Assembly (NCBI GenBank): GCA_037379345.1
Contig: CM074511.1
Coordinates: forward strand, 25,651,171 to 25,715,170
Source of the DNA: Perna viridis
Lineage: Eukaryota
Direction: 5' to 3'
Length of the DNA stretch: 64,000 nucleotides
Part shown: positions 63,501 through 64,000 of the stretch, piece by piece
How positions within the stretch are numbered: position 1 is the first letter of the stretch
Layout: every line of letters starts with the position of its first letter
The notes under the pieces: model-generated
The model's input: only the letters and a program-made list of their open reading frames with translations
Told to the model about the DNA's origin: nothing
Databases searched by the model: none
Program-made: the position numbers and the translations under genes

Positions 63501-64000
63501 ATACTCTGGACAGCAACAGTTTTAGTTTAAGCTTATACTTCAAACCTAAAACCGAGGGTGGAGTCCTACTAGCCTACAGTAAAAACATGACGTTTTCCAT
63601 ACTGAATAGAAATCCAATAATAATGCGATGCGGTACAAAGATCATAACGACTAATGTGACTACTCATCAAAATCAGTGGAACCAGATTGTCACAACATTC
63701 GACAGAACGAACAACAAAATCCATTTTTACCACTATGGACCAAATCTTACTATACGATATCAGATAATCGAAGACTTCTGTTCTGACTTATTTATAGAGG
63801 GAGGCAAAATATCGCTCGGAGAGTGGATACCATCAATCGATTCTGAGAAATATTCATACACAGAAACGTTTGACGGAGAAATAGAAGAAGTGTCAGTTTG
63901 GAAAGATCCAATACCCGCCCCTTTGATATTCCAAGCCGAAAGCCTAAATGTAAAATTGTCCGGTTTCCTAAAAAATGTAACATCTCTTTGGTCGTTCTCA
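380..64000 (+). CDS. Giant multi-exon gene (40 exons in window, partial at both ends, >12,300 aa): Gly-tract repeat region, tenascin-type EGF array, and VWD/LamG/EGF super-repeats; predicted extracellular protein
   Basis: All long + strand ORFs are bounded by AG acceptors and GT donors. Exon lengths sum to 36,902 nt, and intron phases match at all 39 junctions. Repeat motifs continue across junctions. Confidence 0.9.
627..780. mobile_element. degenerate MITE related to 12152..12311
   Basis: Shared layout tcatgaaa...cctcaaatcctt...tgattggttgaaa...ttttatgaa. Confidence 0.5.
2501..2583 (+). CDS. exon w2 (GESATSASGGGSGGGVWISAATSIDVT)
   Basis: poly-T cag acceptor; G|gtaaaa donor; phase 2 to 1. 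Confidence 0.88.
2638..2965. mobile_element. MITE-like repeat (TAAGAATCA-terminus family), homologous to 56623..56974
   Basis: Long colinear similarity, e.g. aggtatttgacaga.ttatctgc and tgaaatgttcattttcagtg.atttcaatgaaat. Confidence 0.7.
3114..3313 (+). CDS. exon w3 (GKISVNGGNG...GAAGVIYL...)
   Basis: tag acceptor; AAG|gttagt donor; phase 1 to 0. Confidence 0.88.
3845..5129 (+). CDS. exon w4, spacer plus Gly-tract unit
   Basis: Open frame includes ORF 4202..5134; tag acceptor; G|gttagt donor. Confidence 0.92.
5535..6227 (+). CDS. exon w5, beta-rich spacer
   Basis: ORF 5540..6235; ttttcag acceptor; G|gtaagt donor. Confidence 0.92.
6257..6503. mobile_element. MITE with 14-bp perfect TIR and 7-bp TSD (P-superfamily-like)
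   Basis: CATACCTGTTAACC...GGTTAACAGGTATG, flanked both sides by GTAACAG (6250-6256, 6504-6510). Confidence 0.8.
6735..8684 (+). CDS. exon w6, two Gly-tract units
   Basis: ORF 6695..8755; ttttag acceptor; AAG|gtgagg donor (first of three tandem copies). Confidence 0.92.
8673..8908 (+). repeat. 79-bp tandem repeat x3 spanning the exon w6 donor site
   Basis: atgagttcaaaggtgagg starts at 8673, 8752 and 8831. Confidence 0.95.
9171..9385. mobile_element. MITE family K (Kolobok-like termini), copy 1
   Basis: TIR GGAGGTAGACCTAGGGTAAGGGACATAAC / GTTGTGTCCCTTACTTTAGGTCTACCTCC-TTAA; homologous to 29984 and 30222. Confidence 0.8.
9762..10102 (+). CDS. exon w7
   Basis: ORF 9728..10123; tttacag acceptor; CAG|gtaagt donor. 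Confidence 0.92.
10126..10220 (+). pseudogene. decayed tandem duplicate of the 3' part of exon w7
   Basis: Translates MLQPGPIIDLISGGHADEK versus exon TLQPGSTIDLSGGGHAAEN; TAG replaces GAG. Confidence 0.8.
10301..10499. mobile_element. MITE with TACTGTAAAC...GTTTACGGTA termini (TA-flanked, Tc1/mariner-type)
   Basis: ~19-bp imperfect TIR; relative at 59697..59861. Confidence 0.7.
10795..10999 (+). CDS. exon w8 (ISSHDLATGAGYASLGG...GGAGGGYLKIET)
   Basis: tttttacag acceptor; G|gtaaag donor; not in ORF track. Confidence 0.88.
11052..11466 (+). mobile_element. Helentron/HINE-like non-autonomous repeat interrupted by a family A fragment
   Basis: ttatacccc start and gggggtatg end; core shared with 28770..29135. 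Confidence 0.55.
11117..11251 (+). mobile_element. family A 3' end fragment, opposite orientation to the other copies
   Basis: ttatgttctttgttgtgt...ccatgtctggtctttgtcc.tggattac is the reverse complement of ~18840..18970. Confidence 0.75.
11852..12035 (+). CDS. exon w9 (GAIKVDGSDG...GGGSGGRMKLILKE)
   Basis: tatag acceptor; AG|gtattt donor; phase 1 to 2. Confidence 0.88.
12152..12311. mobile_element. palindromic MITE (PIF/Harbinger-like termini)
   Basis: ttcataaaacaatctcaaattgagattttcct versus aggaaaatctcagtttgagatgttttatgaa; ~45-bp TIR. Confidence 0.7.
12408..12660 (+). mobile_element. degenerate HINE-like repeat; relative at ~31970..32225
   Basis: ttatacctc start, gggggtatc end; shared cacagc.acttgatattt.gacagaa.ctt. 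Confidence 0.45.
12749..12978 (+). CDS. exon w10 (YAFSGTITAYGG...AGPGTIYIQDG...)
   Basis: ttttag acceptor; G|gtatcc donor; phase 2 to 1. Confidence 0.88.
13336..17345 (+). CDS. exon w11 (4,010 nt), three Gly-tract units
   Basis: ORF 13419..17363; ttttcag acceptor; CTG|gtaagt donor. Confidence 0.94.
17458..17730 (+). mobile_element. HINE/Helentron-like non-autonomous repeat
   Basis: tatatcccc 5' motif, ctgtcc remnants, gggggtatc, then hairpin gtgagctctgcttac and a T-run. Confidence 0.5.
18339..18510 (+). CDS. exon w12 (DIKYSALFKAD...GAGHATIGG)
   Basis: ttttag acceptor; T|gtaagt donor. Confidence 0.88.
18840..19160 (-). mobile_element. Penelope-like retroelement 3' end (family A), 5'-truncated
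   Basis: Colinear with 35606..35902 and shares the same 3' terminus. Confidence 0.75.
19357..19590 (+). CDS. exon w13 (...AYGSLYKPNETGSQGG...GGGSGGSICII)
   Basis: cacag acceptor; G|gtattg donor; ORF 19398 frame. Confidence 0.88.
20121..20482 (+). CDS. exon w14
   Basis: tttaag acceptor; AAG|gtagag donor; ORF 20300 frame. Confidence 0.88.
21075..21432 (+). CDS. exon w15
   Basis: ORF 21063 frame; acag acceptor; G|gtacaa donor. Confidence 0.88.
21733..22029 (+). CDS. exon w16
   Basis: ORF 21723 frame; ttttag acceptor; A|gtatgt donor. Confidence 0.88.
22387..28611 (+). CDS. exon w17 (6,225 nt), about five Gly-tract units, rich in N-glycosylation sequons
   Basis: ORF 22329..28622; acag acceptor; G|gtatgt donor. 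Confidence 0.95.
28770..29135 (+). mobile_element. HINE-like repeat with two internal tandem core units
   Basis: tctgtc microsatellite remnant; atttgg.gtgtggcttcatatagatg.ggcata occurs twice (~28890 and ~29038). Confidence 0.55.
29595..29728 (+). CDS. exon w18 (GGHGHDSATAGSQYGSVMSATEPGSGGG...)
   Basis: acag acceptor; GAG|gtgatt donor. Confidence 0.87.
29984..30195. mobile_element. MITE family K copy 2, TTAA-flanked
   Basis: TTAA-GGAGGTAGACCTAGGGTAAGGGA...TCCCTTACCCTAGGTCTACCTCC-TTAA. Confidence 0.88.
30222..30434. mobile_element. MITE family K copy 3, TTAA-flanked, adjacent to copy 2
   Basis: TTAA-GAAGGTAGACCTGGCATAAGGGACATAACTC...GAGTTGTGTCCCTTACCCTAGGTCTACTAAC-TTAA. Confidence 0.82.
30948..31098 (+). 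CDS. exon w19 (ELRLDGTIKTTG...GSGSGGSIMM...)
   Basis: tacag acceptor; T|gtaagg donor. Confidence 0.87.
31618..31895 (+). CDS. exon w20
   Basis: ORF 31551 frame; ttttcag acceptor; CAG|gtaaaa donor. Confidence 0.9.
32325..33927 (+). CDS. exon w21, last (Cys-decorated) Gly-tract unit and start of EGF array
   Basis: ORF 32313..33938; tttacag acceptor; G|gtaaat donor. Confidence 0.93.
34272..34733 (+). CDS. exon w22, EGF-like repeats
   Basis: ORF 34367 frame; ttaag acceptor; G|gtttgt donor. Confidence 0.88.
35019..35309 (+). CDS. exon w23, EGF-like repeats
   Basis: ORF 35078 frame; ctttag acceptor; G|gtataa donor. Confidence 0.88.
35606..36010 (-). mobile_element. longest family A copy: ORF C-terminus plus 3' UTR of a Penelope-like retroelement
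   Basis: Minus strand 36007..35861 reads LTNRLLEQGYVATRLKSSLHKFYGCHHELVDRYGVSICTTKTDLFNGS*, resembling a PLE RT thumb terminus. Confidence 0.7.
36335..36476 (+). CDS. exon w24, EGF-like (GCESATHTCTCRPGWTGIGC...)
   Basis: ttctag acceptor; AG|gtaata donor. Confidence 0.88.
37080..37741 (+). CDS. exon w25, EGF-like repeats
   Basis: Frame of ORF 37477; aaag acceptor; G|gtaaga donor. Confidence 0.88.
37902..38008 (+). CDS. exon w26, EGF-like
   Basis: tttgcag acceptor; CCT|gtaagt donor. Confidence 0.88.
38325..39060. mobile_element. ~735-bp foldback element with nested inverted repeats
   Basis: taataggataatt...aattatcctatta termini with ~100-bp arms; inner IR gagtgaaattac.gaatttattt.acagtgtgaatta. 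Confidence 0.8.
39155..39337 (+). repeat. 94-bp tandem duplication just upstream of the exon w27 acceptor
   Basis: gcatcat.tg.tggttgacttggaacctctt starts at 39155 and 39249. Confidence 0.9.
39357..39525 (+). CDS. exon w27, EGF-like
   Basis: atag acceptor; G|gtgagt donor; GWYSEDCSKPCVHG... Confidence 0.86.
39970..40140 (+). CDS. exon w28, EGF-like
   Basis: tttacag acceptor; G|gtgagt donor. Confidence 0.88.
41333..43075 (+). CDS. exon w29, long run of tenascin-type EGF repeats
   Basis: ORF 41314..43125; ttccag acceptor; G|gtaagt donor. Confidence 0.94.
43574..43750 (+). CDS. exon w30, EGF-like
   Basis: tttcag acceptor; G|gtaaaa donor. Confidence 0.88.
44389..44543. mobile_element. 155-bp hairpin, probably the terminus of a non-autonomous DNA element starting near 43990
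   Basis: aggattaaaca.ctatttt.ggttgttcatgcatgtatgaatggatctc and its reverse complement; ttcatac.tgcatgaac also occurs twice at 44048..44093. Confidence 0.7.
44920..45168 (+). CDS. exon w31, EGF-like
   Basis: ORF 44973 frame; tttcag acceptor; G|gtagga donor. Confidence 0.88.
45513..45836 (+). CDS. exon w32, EGF / laminin-EGF-like
   Basis: ORF 45713 frame; tttgcag acceptor; G|gtatga donor. Confidence 0.88.
46061..46174 (+). CDS. exon w33, laminin-EGF-like (CQCHDDDINGHWTGSACDECVSGW)
   Basis: tacag acceptor; G|gtaagt donor. Confidence 0.88.
46540..46825 (+). CDS. exon w34, unique non-repetitive domain (PVFRC...YTAWFGYNN...)
   Basis: ORF 46530 frame; tgtag acceptor; AA|gtaagt donor. Confidence 0.86.
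47070..47412. mobile_element. right arm of the 38325..39060 foldback family
   Basis: Colinear with ~38738..39060. Confidence 0.8.
47669..47786 (+). CDS. exon w35, end of the unique domain
   Basis: ORF 47562 frame; ttgtag acceptor; GTG|gtatgt donor; phase 2 to 0 bridges w34 and w36. Confidence 0.85.
47995..48165. mobile_element. degenerate TACTGTA-terminus MITE
   Basis: tactgtatagggcgtaattttc versus ccaaaattacccactaaacgcta. Confidence 0.4.
48279..48442. mobile_element. MITE with CA(G)GGGCGGATCCAG-type termini (hAT-like)
   Basis: caatggcagatccaga...tctgaatacgcccctg; catgcc direct repeat on both flanks. Confidence 0.55.
48673..56373 (+). CDS. exon w36 (7,701 nt), four full EGF-VWD-LamG-C8-like units and start of the fifth
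   Basis: ORF 48610..56409; ttttcag acceptor; GAG|gtaggt donor. Motifs HxxTFDG (VWD-like) and FxGxIDExRxW / WxFxxGxG (LamG/pentraxin-like). Confidence 0.95.
56623..56974. mobile_element. MITE (TAAGAATCA-terminus family)
   Basis: tgtaagaatgaggca...tgcgtgattcttaca; homologous to 2638..2965. Confidence 0.72.
57061..58181 (+). CDS. exon w37, basic VWD-like segment, Thr-rich repeat and LamG-like domain
   Basis: ORF 57034..58185; gaag acceptor; AG|gtgagc donor. Confidence 0.9.
57481..57544 (+). repeat. coding 18-bp minisatellite x3.5 (TTMTPT)
   Basis: acaacaatgacaccaact tandem copies in exon w37. Confidence 0.95.
58446..58543 (+). CDS. exon w38 (YLGLMEIKNHWNRTYTVDDEGLSSLWTFNEEL)
   Basis: ttttag acceptor; G|gtactt donor; completes the LamG LWxF motif. 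Confidence 0.87.
58576..58942. mobile_element. MITE with perfect 17-bp TIR
   Basis: taagaatcatgcaaaat / attttgcatgattctta, plus inner IR ctaca.atttttattttt / aaaataaaaatatgtag. Confidence 0.78.
59376..59622 (+). CDS. exon w39, contains KRRKR
   Basis: ORF 59360 frame; tgtag acceptor; AG|gtatct donor. Confidence 0.87.
59697..59861. mobile_element. MITE related to 10301..10499
   Basis: tattgtaaacgtactaa...ttaatacgttacagta; shared tttaacactata.aacactaat.attttttt. Confidence 0.68.
60469..64000 (+). CDS. exon w40 (runs off window end), units 6 and 7 of the EGF-VWD-LamG super-repeat
   Basis: ttttcag acceptor, then TCTPAGSSLNQKYKYECEQAQDP...CPGGAASPCSGYGTC...CPGGSDTPCNNHGKC.... Absence from the ORF track is consistent with no stop codon before 64000. 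Confidence 0.9.

Noticed and set aside
4843-63983. Numerous short minus-strand and shifted-frame ORFs (Pro-rich, Val/Met-rich, Thr-rich)
   Set aside because: Shadows of GGT/GGA and TGT codon repeats in the real frame, with no independent splice or domain support.

Overview
Eukaryotic genomic DNA with AT-rich GT-AG introns. The repeat content suggests an invertebrate, probably a bivalve mollusc (inference). The whole 64 kb lies inside one + strand gene whose start and stop are both outside the window. I traced 40 exons by hand. All 39 introns are GT-AG and phase-compatible, giving one uninterrupted reading frame of 36,902 nt (about 12,300 aa, partial). The predicted protein is a giant extracellular mosaic with four parts: (i) at least 16 tandem ~400-aa units, each a glycine-tract module plus a beta-strand-rich spacer (~6,200 aa); (ii) ~1,700 aa of tenascin-type EGF repeats arranged as a 4-EGF super-repeat; (iii) a single ~100-aa domain resembling a motif I recall from bacterial proteins; (iv) at least 7 ~620-aa units of EGF, VWD-like, LamG/pentraxin-like and C8-like domains, one of which has two RRKR furin-type sites and a Thr-rich repeat. 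Introns hold several MITE families, Helentron-like non-autonomous repeats, truncated Penelope-like retroelement 3' ends, a triplicated splice donor and a decayed exon duplicate. Domain and TE family names come from motif recognition only; no database search was run.
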